Origin: Gammaproteobacteria bacterium
GTDB taxonomy: Bacteria; Pseudomonadota; Gammaproteobacteria; UBA4575
DNA length: 64,000 nt
Assembly: GCA_965222615.1 (NCBI GenBank)
Contig: CBDCUI010000009.1
Span: 1 to 64,000 of the forward strand
Direction: 5' to 3'
In this document: piece after piece, positions 42,100-51,552 of the stretch
Numbering within the stretch: position 1 is the stretch's first letter
Layout of the letters: each line of letters starts with the position of its first letter
Translations under genes and position numbers: made by a program
The notes under the pieces: generated by a model
Database searches by the model: none
The model's input: the letters and a program-made list of their open reading frames with translations, nothing else
What the model was told of the DNA's origin: nothing

Positions 42100-43299
42100 C
42101 TAACTTAACAATTCAATCCAGTGTTTAACCGGTATTTGAGTACCTGACTGTAGGTGCAACAAACAGCCGATATTAGCTGTCGCGATCACATCAGGCTGTT
42201 TTTCTTCAAGCGTTGAAATCTTATTTTGTAACAACATGTTGGATAGTTCTTCTTCAAGCAGAGAATAACTCCCAGCGGAACCACAGCATAGATGCGGCTC
42301 TTTAACATCAATTAGTTGATAACCAGCTTCTCGAAGTTTGTTTTCTACATTGCCAAGGATTTTTTGTCCATGTTGCAGTGTACAAGGACTGTGGAAAGCG
42401 ACTGTTTTATTTTTTGCCTCAGGTTTAGTTAATTTTAACTCAGGGGTCATTTCAGTAAGATCTCGACAGCGTTGCGAGACGAATTTAGCCTTATCCGCAT
42501 AAGATTTATCAGCTTGCATAATAGTGCTATATTGCTTTATAAAACTGCTGCAACCACTTGAAGTTACTAATAAATATTCATGGTTACTAGAGAGTTTTTC
42601 ATACCAATTGTCGATATTGCCACGAATGGTCTTATTGGCCTGGTCGATATTTGTTAAATGATAGGCCAGGGCTCCACAACAGTTTGCTTTGGCCTCATCT
42701 AGTTGAATATCAGAGTTTTGTAAAACCTCTGAAGTTGCTGCATTGATTTGTGGAGCTGCAGTAGACTGTACACAACCTTTTATCGTCAACATTTTTCGTT
42801 TGCTGGTTTTGGTATTAGTTGATTTGATGGGTTTAGCTTTTACTGGAATCTTACTGGCGAATGATCTTGGTAATATTGGCTTAACCAGACGGGCTAGTGC
42901 AAAAAAGCTCACAACGCGCCTAGGGTGCGAGAAAATACGAATAATCAAATTTCGTTTTAAATTATCCAAAAAAGGTCGTTCAATCGTTTTTTCAAAATGT
43001 TTGCGTCCTATATCCACTAAATCACCATATTCAACACCAGAAGGACAAGTAGTTTCACATGCCAAACAAGTCAAACATCTATCGAGGTGTTGTTGGCTCA
43101 CCTTGCTGGTGTCTTTGTTCTCAAAGAAGTTTTTAATTAAATAAATGCGCCCACGTGGGCCATCTAGTTCATCACCTGTGAGCTGAAAAGTGGGACAGGT
43201 GGCATTACAAAACCCGCAATGTACACAGTTTCGTAAAATTTCATTCACCCGCTGGCCATCGTGGCTTTGTAAAAATGCTTGTGTAAATGATGTTTGCAT
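42100..43299 (-). CDS. glcF: Glycolate oxidase Fe-S subunit
   Basis: CVHCGFCNATCPT, CLTCLACETTCPSGV, CCG domains. Confidence 0.95.
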   Translation of the reverse strand: MQTSFTQAFLQSHDGQRVNEILRNCVHCGFCNATCPTFQLTGDELDGPRGRIYLIKNFFENKDTSKVSQQHLDRCLTCLACETTCPSGVEYGDLVDIGRKHFEKTIERPFLDNLKRNLIIRIFSHPRRVVSFFALARLVKPILPRSFASKIPVKAKPIKSTNTKTSKRKMLTIKGCVQSTAAPQINAATSEVLQNSDIQLDEAKANCCGALAYHLTNIDQANKTIRGNIDNWYEKLSSNHEYLLVTSSGCSSFIKQYSTIMQADKSYADKAKFVSQRCRDLTEMTPELKLTKPEAKNKTVAFHSPCTLQHGQKILGNVENKLREAGYQLIDVKEPHLCCGSAGSYSLLEEELSNMLLQNKISTLEEKQPDVIATANIGCLLHLQSGTQIPVKHWIELLS

Positions 43300-43304
43300 C
43301 GCGA

Positions 43305-44360
43305 TTAAAGTTCAGCGTACATCTTGCCAGGATTGAGGATGCCTGCCGGATCGAATGTTTTTTTCAAATTTTTATGTATTTTCATGGAGGTATGGGATAG
43401 TGGATGAAAGCGTTGTTCTGTAGTATTGCCTCTAAATAAACAAGCATGTCCTCCAACTTGTTCAGCTTCTTTACGAATAAGCTGTTCATCGGCATCACTT
43501 ACATACCAGCGCAATGCTCCGCTCCATTCAATGACATTGTCACCAGGTATATTTAAGATACCGGTAGCAGGCGGCACAGAAATTCTCCATAAAGACAGGT
43601 CGGTTTGGAAAAATTCATGTGTCTGCTCTTTCACACTGGTCCAAAACAATTCGTTTTGATCAAAAGTTTTTCCACCAATTTCCTTTTTACAGGCTTCAAT
43701 GGTAGATAAGGAACCTGATAAACGCAGATATAAATCCTGCCCATCATAAAAGGTTGCGGTAATAGGCATAGGTGTCGCAGCCCACTGGTTCATTTTTTTG
43801 ATGGCAGTGTGACTGTCTAATTCTATAACAACAGTGTGTTCATAAAGTGGTTTTGGTAATAGGCGTATGGTGATACACATCAACACGCCAAGTGTCCCTA
43901 ATGCCCCACACATCAAACGTGAAACATCATATCCGGCAACGTTTTTCATTACCTTGCCACCGAAGCGCAGATATTCGCCTTTGCCGTTTACGATTTCAGT
44001 TCCTAGCACACAGTCGCGTACTGCGCCTGCACTGACTCGTCTGGGTCCGGCTAAGCCACTGGCAACCATGCCACCCAATGTTGCAGTCGCTCCAAAATGA
44101 GGGGATTCACAAGGAATAATTTGGTTTTCTTTAGTTATAGTTTGCTCAATTTCTACTAGCGGAGTTCCACTTTTAACAGTTATATAAAGCTCTGAAGGCT
44201 CGTATTCGAGAATCCCTGTGTGGTTTGCCACAGAAAGTGTTTTCGCTTGAATATTTCTTCCATAAAAATTTTTCGTATCACCCGCTTTAATGACTAAAGC
44301 CTGTTTTTGGCGATATGCGTCTTGAATAACAGATGTGATCTCATCTCTTTTATCGTGCAT
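43305..44360 (-). CDS. glcE: Glycolate oxidase FAD subunit
   Basis: GGKVMKNVAGYDVSRL, FDPAGILNPGKMY. Confidence 0.95.
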   Translation of the reverse strand: MHDKRDEITSVIQDAYRQKQALVIKAGDTKNFYGRNIQAKTLSVANHTGILEYEPSELYITVKSGTPLVEIEQTITKENQIIPCESPHFGATATLGGMVASGLAGPRRVSAGAVRDCVLGTEIVNGKGEYLRFGGKVMKNVAGYDVSRLMCGALGTLGVLMCITIRLLPKPLYEHTVVIELDSHTAIKKMNQWAATPMPITATFYDGQDLYLRLSGSLSTIEACKKEIGGKTFDQNELFWTSVKEQTHEFFQTDLSLWRISVPPATGILNIPGDNVIEWSGALRWYVSDADEQLIRKEAEQVGGHACLFRGNTTEQRFHPLSHTSMKIHKNLKKTFDPAGILNPGKMYAEL

Positions 44361-44380
44361 AGAAAAATCTTAAGGAAGCA

Positions 44381-45850
44381 TTAGAAGCGAGGGAGATCGG
44401 GGTGTGGAAGTTTACCCTGATGGACATGCATGGCACCGAACTCCGCACAGCGGTGTAGGGTAGGGACAGCCTTGCCAGGATTCATCAGTTCATTTTCATC
44501 AAAAGCAGCTTTTATTGAATAAAATGTGTTTAACTCCGCTTCATTAAATTGCACACACATTTGGTTAAGCTTTTCTACACCAACTCCATGTTCGCCGGTA
44601 ATAGTGCCACCCACGGCAACACACAGTTCTAAAATTTCACCGCCAAACTGTTCTGCAGTTTCTAATTCTCCTAGCTTATTTGCATCATATAAAATGAGTG
44701 GATGTAGGTTTCCGTCTCCTGCATGAAACACATTGGCTACGCCTAGACCATATTTAACAGACAGCTTGCTAATACTTTCTAAAACTCTGGCCAGATGTTT
44801 ACGCGGAATGGTGCCATCCATGCAATAATAATCCGGTGATAAATTGCCTAAGGCAGGGAATGCGGCCTTGCGGCCTTGCCAAAGTTTTTCAGCCTCTCGA
44901 TCATTTTGTGCAACTCGTACTTCTATTGCATGATGTTCTTTAAAGACGTTTTTAGTAAACGTAACTTGTGATTGCAGTTCTTCTGCATAGCCGTCCAACT
45001 CACAAATTAATATTGCCGCGGCATTTTCTGGATAGCCCGGACTACAAAATTTTTCTGTGGCCTGAATGGTGCAATGATCCATTAATTCCAATCCGGCCGG
45101 GATAATGCCACTTGAAATAATTCCGGCTACCGCATCACCTGCTTTAGGAATGGTATCAAACGCCGCAAGCAATACTTTACGCTTATGTGGATGAGGTAAA
45201 AGTTTCACAGTAGCCTCTAGGACAATTCCAAGCATGCCTTCTGAACCTGTCATCAATGCAAGTAAATCATAACCGGGAGAATCAAAACTTTTTCCACCGA
45301 GTTCTAAAATTTCTCCATCTATGGTTAGCACTTTTAAGCCAAGAAGATTGTGCACTGTCAAGCCATATTTGAGACAGTGCACCCCACCTGAATTTTCTGC
45401 AATATTGCCACCAATGGTACAGGCGATCTGCGAGGATGGGTCAGGTGCGTAATATAGGCCATACGGATTAGCGGCTCCAGAAATTGCCAGGTTTCTAACT
45501 CCTGGCTCCACGGTTGCAGTGCGGTTATCAGGATCAATCTCAAGTATGTGGTTAAGCCTAGCAAAATTGAGTAACACACCTTCAGAATGTGGCAGTGCGC
45601 CGCCCGAGAGGCTGGTGCCCGCTCCACGCGCCACAATGGGTACTTTTAACTCTCTACAGATGTCGACAATTGCCTTGATTTCATTAACTGTGCTCGGGAT
45701 CAAGGCAATTCGAGGTAGTTGTTTGTAAGCGGTAAGGGCATCACATTCATAGGGGTAGAGCTGTTCTTTTTTTGCTAAAACCGCGGTTTCCGGCAAGACT
45801 TGATGAAAGCGTTCGGCAAGTTTGGATAGGCTAATTGCGTCGTTGTTCAT
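44381..45850 (-). CDS. glcD: Glycolate oxidase subunit GlcD
   Basis: PDPSSQIACTIGGN, HAGDGNLHP, TGEHGVG. Confidence 0.95.
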   Translation of the reverse strand: MNNDAISLSKLAERFHQVLPETAVLAKKEQLYPYECDALTAYKQLPRIALIPSTVNEIKAIVDICRELKVPIVARGAGTSLSGGALPHSEGVLLNFARLNHILEIDPDNRTATVEPGVRNLAISGAANPYGLYYAPDPSSQIACTIGGNIAENSGGVHCLKYGLTVHNLLGLKVLTIDGEILELGGKSFDSPGYDLLALMTGSEGMLGIVLEATVKLLPHPHKRKVLLAAFDTIPKAGDAVAGIISSGIIPAGLELMDHCTIQATEKFCSPGYPENAAAILICELDGYAEELQSQVTFTKNVFKEHHAIEVRVAQNDREAEKLWQGRKAAFPALGNLSPDYYCMDGTIPRKHLARVLESISKLSVKYGLGVANVFHAGDGNLHPLILYDANKLGELETAEQFGGEILELCVAVGGTITGEHGVGVEKLNQMCVQFNEAELNTFYSIKAAFDENELMNPGKAVPTLHRCAEFGAMHVHQGKLPHPDLPRF

Positions 45851-45874
45851 TTCGGCTCAAACCCAAATACATAG

Positions 45875-46018
45875 GGGAGTTCTGATTTATTAATGAAATG
45901 GCTGAGATTAGGCAAAATGATTTCGAAAAAACGGAGTGTATATAGGCATACATGAGTATTTTGAGAAATCATTACTAATTTATTTTTTTGGGACATATCA
46001 GAATAAATCAGAGCTTCC
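45875..46018. mobile_element. 144 bp MITE-like element with ATAG direct repeats
   Basis: ATAG|GGGAGTTCTGATTTATT ... AATAAATCAGAGCTTCC|ATAG. Confidence 0.8.
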
Positions 46019-46198
46019 ATAGGTTTTTGCATGATTGATCTTGGCTAAAGTTCTCATATAATCTCGCCACCAGCTTGATTGCTATCAATTCTTTATTTCT
46101 CAATATACCATTGATCAATATAGTTCATAGTAATTTCAGATAGTTGTTTCATTGATCTAGGTTAATTTAATAATGAACCGTAACAAGGGAGATATATT

Positions 46199-46570
46199 TT
46201 GACCATAGCAGCAATTGCTATTGGGGGCGCACTTGGATCCGTGTTGAGATATCTGATTCAGATGCAGTGTATGACTTGGTTTGGCACCAAGTTTCCCTAC
46301 GGGACCCTGATCGTTAATATCCTTGGATCTTTAGCAATAGGTTTTCTATCTATTTTCCTGGTGGAACGATTGCTAGTCTCTACGGAGCTTCGTTTTGCCA
46401 TCCTAGTAGGGTTGCTAGGAGGCTTTACTACTTTTTCAGCGTTTTCACTAGAAACACTGAGTCTTATCCAGCAGGGAAATATGCTCAGTGCTGCGAGCAA
46501 CATCGGGTTAAGTATTGTGCTATGTATCTTGGCGTGCTTTTTTGGTGTGTTGTTAGCACGTGCAATTTAA
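46199..46570 (+). CDS. crcB: Fluoride efflux channel
   Basis: GGALGSVLRY, PYGTL.VN, GLLGGFTTFSAF. Confidence 0.96.
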   Translation: MTIAAIAIGGALGSVLRYLIQMQCMTWFGTKFPYGTLIVNILGSLAIGFLSIFLVERLLVSTELRFAILVGLLGGFTTFSAFSLETLSLIQQGNMLSAASNIGLSIVLCILACFFGVLLARAI

Positions 46571-46586
46571 CTAAGTTAATACAGAG

Positions 46587-47867
46587 ATGTTAGATCCAAA
46601 ATTATTACGTACAGAATTTGATGAAGTTGCTAAGCAGCTTAGTCGGCGTGGTTTAAATCTAGATAAAGCACGTTTCACTGAGATGGAAGAAAGGCGCAAG
46701 AAGCTCCAAATCGCAACGGAAGAATTGCAAGGTCAGCGTAATAAAAATTCCAAGCTTATTGGGCAGGCGAAATCTAAAGGCAGAGATGCAAGTGAAATTT
46801 TAGCCCAAATGGAAAAAATTAACAGTGAACTTAAAAGTAATGAAACCTTGTTGGAAGAACTTCAGCAAGAAATACAAGAATGGATGTTTGGTCTTCCAAA
46901 TATGCCACATGAGTCAGTGCCGCAAGGTGAAACTGAAGAAGAAAATCTGGAAGTAAGGAAATGGGGCGAGATACCTAGTTTTGATTTTAAAGTACTAGAT
47001 CATGTCGATGTTGGTGAAAAATTAGGTGGCTTGGATTTTGAAACTGCAGCCAAGATAACTGGAAGTCGATTCGTCACCATGCATGGTGATGTTGCAAAGC
47101 TGCATCGAGCGCTTATTCAGTTTATGTTAGACACACATGTAAATGAACATGACTATCAAGAAGTGTATGTTCCCTATATTGCAAATGCGCAAAGTTTAAC
47201 GGGCACCGGCCAATTACCGAAATTTGAAGAAGATCTATTTAAACTTAAAACAGAGCATGATTACTATTTGATTCCTACTGCAGAAGTGCCGGTGACAAAT
47301 ATTTGGCGCGACCATATTGCAAAGGAAAAAGAGTTACCGATTAAATATGTATGTCATACCCCTTGCTTTCGTTCCGAAGCCGGTTCTTATGGAAAAGATA
47401 CACGTGGCATGATTCGCCAACATCAATTTGAGAAAGTTGAATTAGTTCAGTTGGTTAAACCAGAAGCTTCATGGCGCATGTTAGAAGAATTAACCGGGCA
47501 TGCAGAAACTATATTGCAAAAATTAGAACTACCTTATCGTGTAGTTACATTATGCACTGGTGATTTAGGTTTTTCTTCTGCTAAAACTTACGATATTGAG
47601 GTGTGGTTACCAGGCCAAAATACTTATCGAGAAATTTCTTCCTGTAGTAATTTTTTAGACTTTCAAGCAAGAAGATTAAAAGCGCGTTGGAAAAACACTG
47701 TTACGAAAAAAACAGAATTGTTGCATACATTAAATGGATCTGGTTTAGCAGTAGGTAGAACGTTAGTCGCAATTCTTGAAAATTATCAAGATGAAAAAGG
47801 TAATGTTCAAATTCCGAAAGTATTAATTCCTTATATGCGCGGCTTAGAAACTATTCGTTCTAAATAA
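46587..47867 (+). CDS. serS: Seryl-tRNA synthetase
   Basis: [37 protein letters not shown]. Confidence 0.98.
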   Translation: MLDPKLLRTEFDEVAKQLSRRGLNLDKARFTEMEERRKKLQIATEELQGQRNKNSKLIGQAKSKGRDASEILAQMEKINSELKSNETLLEELQQEIQEWMFGLPNMPHESVPQGETEEENLEVRKWGEIPSFDFKVLDHVDVGEKLGGLDFETAAKITGSRFVTMHGDVAKLHRALIQFMLDTHVNEHDYQEVYVPYIANAQSLTGTGQLPKFEEDLFKLKTEHDYYLIPTAEVPVTNIWRDHIAKEKELPIKYVCHTPCFRSEAGSYGKDTRGMIRQHQFEKVELVQLVKPEASWRMLEELTGHAETILQKLELPYRVVTLCTGDLGFSSAKTYDIEVWLPGQNTYREISSCSNFLDFQARRLKARWKNTVTKKTELLHTLNGSGLAVGRTLVAILENYQDEKGNVQIPKVLIPYMRGLETIRSK

Positions 47868-47902
47868 TCTTTTTAGAATAATTAATTTTTAAATTGAGAA
47901 TT

Positions 47903-47993
47903 AAAAAAGCCAGCGCGGGTTGGGGCACGCTGGCTTCGAGACCTACATTAAATAAATAACGTAGGTTTGGGGACACGGTTGTTTGTAACTCGT
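47903..47993 (-). ncRNA. Candidate ~90 nt sRNA with an intrinsic terminator
   Basis: On the minus strand: two hairpins, a U6 tail, two CCCCAA motifs and TAAAAT just upstream; no ORF. Confidence 0.35.
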
Positions 47994-48070
47994 ACTACAA
48001 TTTTACATCAACTAGCAGATATTTAAAAATTATTTATTGTTGTGATTTGCAAATATTGAATGCCAATATT

Positions 48071-48086
48071 TGTGCTCCAGTTCACA
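48071..48086. promoter_or_regulatory. CRP-like box
   Basis: TGTGC-TCCAGT-TCACA, one mismatch to TGTGA-N6-TCACA. Confidence 0.4.
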
Positions 48087-48173
48087 TCAAATACCTCAGG
48101 TGTAAAAAATTGGTATAGATATAATTTTACATATTGTTTTGTTATGTAGACAAAATATGTGGTTTGTTATTAA

Positions 48174-48692
48174 TTGATAATGCCTAAGATGATAATTTTA
48201 AAAGATAATTTTCCCCATACCGGTAAAATTATCTGGTTAGGTTTAAGACAGTCGATGTCCAGTACAGTTACTGAAGTGGTAACTGCTGAGCTTTTACCAG
48301 GGCATGGCTTGGTTGGAGATAAAGCCGGTCAGCGCAAGGGCAGTAAGCGACAAGTCACGTTGTTTCAAGCTGAATATTTGCCTGTAATTGCTTCATTTCT
48401 AAGGCAGCAAGATATCTCACCTGCTGTATTACGTCGTAACCTTGTAGTATCTGGGATTAATCTTAGTATTCTTAAAGACTATAGGCTTATAGTAAATAAT
48501 GATGTAATAGTTGAAATTACAGGAAATTGTGCGCCCTGTAAAAAGATGGAAAAAGCACTTGGCTATGGTGGTTACAATGCCATGCGTAATCATGGCGGTG
48601 TTAATGCCATGGTTTTAAAAGGAGGAGTAATTAGAGTTGGAGATGAAGTACAGGTGATAATGAAACAATCACATCAATCTAAGCTTTTGTAG
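48174..48692 (+). CDS. MOSC-domain protein
   Basis: RQVTL, LRRNLVVSG, CAPCKKME, HGGVNA.V..GG.IRVGD. Confidence 0.9.
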   Translation: MIMPKMIILKDNFPHTGKIIWLGLRQSMSSTVTEVVTAELLPGHGLVGDKAGQRKGSKRQVTLFQAEYLPVIASFLRQQDISPAVLRRNLVVSGINLSILKDYRLIVNNDVIVEITGNCAPCKKMEKALGYGGYNAMRNHGGVNAMVLKGGVIRVGDEVQVIMKQSHQSKLL

Positions 48693-48703
48693 AATAAATT
48701 TAA

Positions 48704-49105
48704 TTAATCAGCTCTTAAAAAGGCGATAAAGACTAGCAACCAAGAAGTAATAAAAGTAATTCCTCCAAATGGTGTAATTGTGCCTAGCCAGGATAATTTG
48801 CTCAAACTTAACAAATAGAGGCTACCACAAAAAACAATAATACCTGCTTGCATAAACCACATAGAAAGCTCAAGGAGGCGTTGATTGATTTGGTGTGTTA
48901 TCAATAAGCCTACGATAATCAGGCCAAGCGCATGATAGAGGTGGTAATCCACCGCGATGTGGAATATCGAAAGCATTTTATCCGATAATGAATTTCTCAA
49001 TCCATGTGCGGCAAATGCACCTAGTAGTATAGCTAAAACTGCATTACCTGAGCCAAGCAAGATTGCTAACCTTGACAGATTTGATTTTTGTTTGAAATTA
49101 TTCAT
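48704..49105 (-). CDS. DUF423 (YgdD) membrane protein
   Basis: LGAFAAHGL, YHLYHAL, FCGSLY, ITPFGG. Confidence 0.9.
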   Translation of the reverse strand: MNNFKQKSNLSRLAILLGSGNAVLAILLGAFAAHGLRNSLSDKMLSIFHIAVDYHLYHALGLIIVGLLITHQINQRLLELSMWFMQAGIIVFCGSLYLLSLSKLSWLGTITPFGGITFITSWLLVFIAFLRAD

Positions 49106-49130
49106 TTAAAAAAAATAGGAGAATAGGTAA

Positions 49131-49613
49131 ATGCCATCGTTTGATACGGTATCCGAAGTTGATGCACATGAGCTAGCCAATGCTGTGGATCAAGCCAATC
49201 GAGAAATTTCCAATCGCTACGACTTTAAAGGTTCTGATGCAAAAGTAACACTGGAAAATGAAAATTTGCGCATTGAGGCGCAATCAGAATTCCAGCTTGA
49301 TCAAATTAACGATATCTTAATACAGAAGATGGCGAAACGTGGCATCGATGTTGGATGCATGCAACGAGGCAAGATAGAGGAATCAAACATGCGTGCCAAA
49401 CAGCCTATTACCATTCGTCAAGGCATTGATAAAGAAACTGCTAAAAAAATGGTTAAGTTGGTTAAAGATTCTAAGATTAAAGTACAGGCAGCCATTCAAG
49501 GCGAAAAGCTAAGGGTGACAGGGAAAAAACGCGATGACCTTCAAGAAGTGATGAAAATGCTTGAAAATGCCAAATTGGGATTGCCGCTGCAATTTAATAA
49601 CTTTCGCGACTAA
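49131..49613 (+). CDS. yajQ: YajQ family nucleotide/c-di-GMP-binding protein
   Basis: MPSFDTVS, RYDFKG, RVTGKKRDDLQ, LQFNNFRD. Confidence 0.96.
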   Translation: MPSFDTVSEVDAHELANAVDQANREISNRYDFKGSDAKVTLENENLRIEAQSEFQLDQINDILIQKMAKRGIDVGCMQRGKIEESNMRAKQPITIRQGIDKETAKKMVKLVKDSKIKVQAAIQGEKLRVTGKKRDDLQEVMKMLENAKLGLPLQFNNFRD

Positions 49614-49673
49614 CCAAACCAGTTCAATCACTATTTTACATTAGGAAGTTTTGATATCTTATTGAGATATAAT

Positions 49674-49703
49674 AAAAAGCCTCTCTAAACGAGAGGCTTT
49701 TTT
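49674..49703. terminator. Bidirectional intrinsic terminator
   Basis: AAAAAGCCTCTC-TAAAC-GAGAGGCTTTTTT between convergent genes. Confidence 0.85.
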
Positions 49704-49705
49704 AC

Positions 49706-49891
49706 TTATCTACTAACCATCCACATTAATCCTGCCACAAATAGAATTACTAATGCGATTGGAAAAAGAAAGGCCTGCCAATCACCTTGCTGCGCTTTTG
49801 GGCTATTATTTAACCAATATTTTGCTCTAGGGAACAGAAATATCAGAATTGCTACAGCAAGAATTACATAGCCGATTTCAAGACCACTCAT
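49706..49891 (-). CDS. Small 2-TM membrane protein
   Basis: Two hydrophobic helices around SPKA..GDW; lies between yccA and the terminator. Confidence 0.7.
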   Translation of the reverse strand: MSGLEIGYVILAVAILIFLFPRAKYWLNNSPKAQQGDWQAFLFPIALVILFVAGLMWMVSR

Positions 49892-49901
49892 TTACTTAGA
49901 C

Positions 49902-50573
49902 TTAGTCCCCGCTAGCAAATCCTAATAAATGTAGTAACGAGGTAAATATATTGTAGATACTTAAGAAAATTGAGGTGGTCGCCAAAACGTAATTGGTTTC
50001 ACCTCCATTAATGATGCGACTGGTCTCAAACAATATAAAACCACTGAAAATTAAGATAACGGCAGCGTTAATCGCAAGCCATAAACCCGGCATCTTTAAA
50101 AAGATGCCCGCAATAACTGCCAACATCACAACAATGAACCCAGTAAATAAAAAGCCTCCTAAGAAGCTGAAGTCACGTTGTGTGGTAAGTGCATAGCCTG
50201 ACAAGGCAAGAAAAATTATCGCAGTACCGCCCATTGAGGTTGCAATAAGTTCAGCCCCATTCGTCATGTTTAGGTAGTGGTTCAAAACAGGACCTAAGCC
50301 AAAGCCTAGCAGGCCGGTAAACGCAAAAACTACTCCTACACCAACTGCAGATTCTGCAGTTCTAGGTAGTACGAACCAGATTAAAGCGAGGGCACCAAAT
50401 GAACATACCAAGCTTGCGCCATAGCCGATATTCATCATTGTTGAGGCCATGGCCATTAATGCACTGAATATCAGAGTTGCCGAGAGCAACATATAAGTGT
50501 TGCGCAAAACCTTATTCGTCGCTAGGGCACTTTCGCGTGTTATGGTCTTCGTTGGAAAACGAGATTCATTCAT
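49902..50573 (-). CDS. yccA: Bax inhibitor-1/YccA protein
   Basis: TNKVLRNTYMLL, IINGGETNY; multiple TM helices. Confidence 0.93.
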   Translation of the reverse strand: MNESRFPTKTITRESALATNKVLRNTYMLLSATLIFSALMAMASTMMNIGYGASLVCSFGALALIWFVLPRTAESAVGVGVVFAFTGLLGFGLGPVLNHYLNMTNGAELIATSMGGTAIIFLALSGYALTTQRDFSFLGGFLFTGFIVVMLAVIAGIFLKMPGLWLAINAAVILIFSGFILFETSRIINGGETNYVLATTSIFLSIYNIFTSLLHLLGFASGD

Positions 50574-50714
50574 AGTGGTAATTCTCCAATTTAAGTAGAT
50601 ATCTATCTTATTAACATAATGGTATTTCGGCCTATTTCAAGCCCACTTAAGCTATATTTTTAGACAATATCAGGCCTAGCAGTTCCCAGCATCATTCAGG
50701 TATCCTAGCCGGCT

Positions 50715-50896
50715 GAGTACATGGATGTACGAAAGAGAGTTGCTTCAGGGATGAAGCTACAATAACTCAGCGGCGCAGCCGCATAAGCTAAGAATCTAAG
50801 GTATGGATTTAAGAGTGGTATTTTTGAGATATCGCAGAGGTGGCAGTGTGAGTGCAGGGAAGCACGAAAGAGAGATGCATCATGGATGAGGCTTAC
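50715..50896 (+). repeat. Two ~46 bp direct repeats, each two GGA-loop hairpins joined by GAAAGAGAG
   Basis: GAGTACATGGATGTACGAAAGAGAGTTGCTTCAGGGATGAAGC (50715) versus GAGTGCAGGGAAGCACGAAAGAGAGATGCATCATGGATGAGGC (50850). Confidence 0.7.
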
Positions 50897-50920
50897 TTTA
50901 AAGTATTGATTCAGTAAATC

Positions 50921-51008
50921 GGAGAGGTGGCAGAGTGGTCGAATGCGGCGGTCTTGAAAACCGTTGACTCGAAAGGGTCCGGGGGTTCGAATCCCTCCCT
51001 CTCCGCCA
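50921..51008 (+). tRNA. tRNA-Ser (anticodon TGA)
   Basis: GGAGAGG acceptor, anticodon arm GCGGT-CTTGAAA-ACCGT, long variable arm, TTCGAAT, ends CCTCTCCGCCA. Confidence 0.97.
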
Positions 51009-51047
51009 ATATTAACAAAGGGGCTTTCTAAGCCCCTTTGTTAATAT
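51008..51047. terminator. Hairpin after the tRNA
   Basis: ATATTAACAAAGGGGCTT-TCT-AAGCCCCTTTGTTAATAT. Confidence 0.75.
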
Positions 51048-51049
51048 TG

Positions 51050-51467
51050 CAGATAGTGTTTCGAACCCCCGGAAAATAAATAAGGGGGTTTGACAAATCG
51101 GCAGGATGGCCGATTTGGACGTTGCTTAAGCAACGCATGAGCGTAGCGAATGTGAGAGTCATGGATGACTCGAATCAATCCCTCCCTCTCCGCCATATAA
51201 ATAATAAAAGGGCTAAATGCCCTTTTATTATTTATACAGTCGGGATTTGAACTCACGAGGAAGGGGGTTCGACAAAATCGTTGGGAACGAGATTTTGAAC
51301 AGCCTCATGATAATGAGGCTGGCCTGAAAGGCGAGGGTAAGGATAGCTCGAGTAATCCCGAGCAATTTTATTATTAAAGAGTAATGAATCACGTTGTGAT
51401 TATTCCATTTGCGTGTAGTACCTACACGCAAAGGTCCCACTCGCAAGTGTGGTTCGACAAAATCGTC
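51050..51467 (+). repeat. tRNA-linked repeats duplicating the tRNA 3' end
   Basis: AATCCCTCCCTCTCCGCCA is repeated at 51177-51195 (187 bp period) with its own hairpin. GGTT(T/C)GACAAA(A)TCG recurs at ~51087, ~51266 and ~51451. Confidence 0.75.
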
Positions 51468-51552
51468 TTAAGTGCATAACGAATTAACGTTTTATCGTCA
51501 ATTCACTATGCAAAGATTAAATTAGTTAAGCTATCAAATTAGGGTATACAAC

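Noticed and set aside
45847-46032. 61-aa ORF upstream of glcD
   Set aside because: It lies almost wholly within the MITE.
46023-46198. Fluoride riboswitch upstream of crcB
   Set aside because: No GATGG..TTCGCC...TAATGAC-like consensus is visible.
51041-51446. ORFs 51041-51256 and 51228-51446
   Set aside because: They are antisense reads of the tRNA-linked repeats (MAEREG is the tRNA end read backwards).
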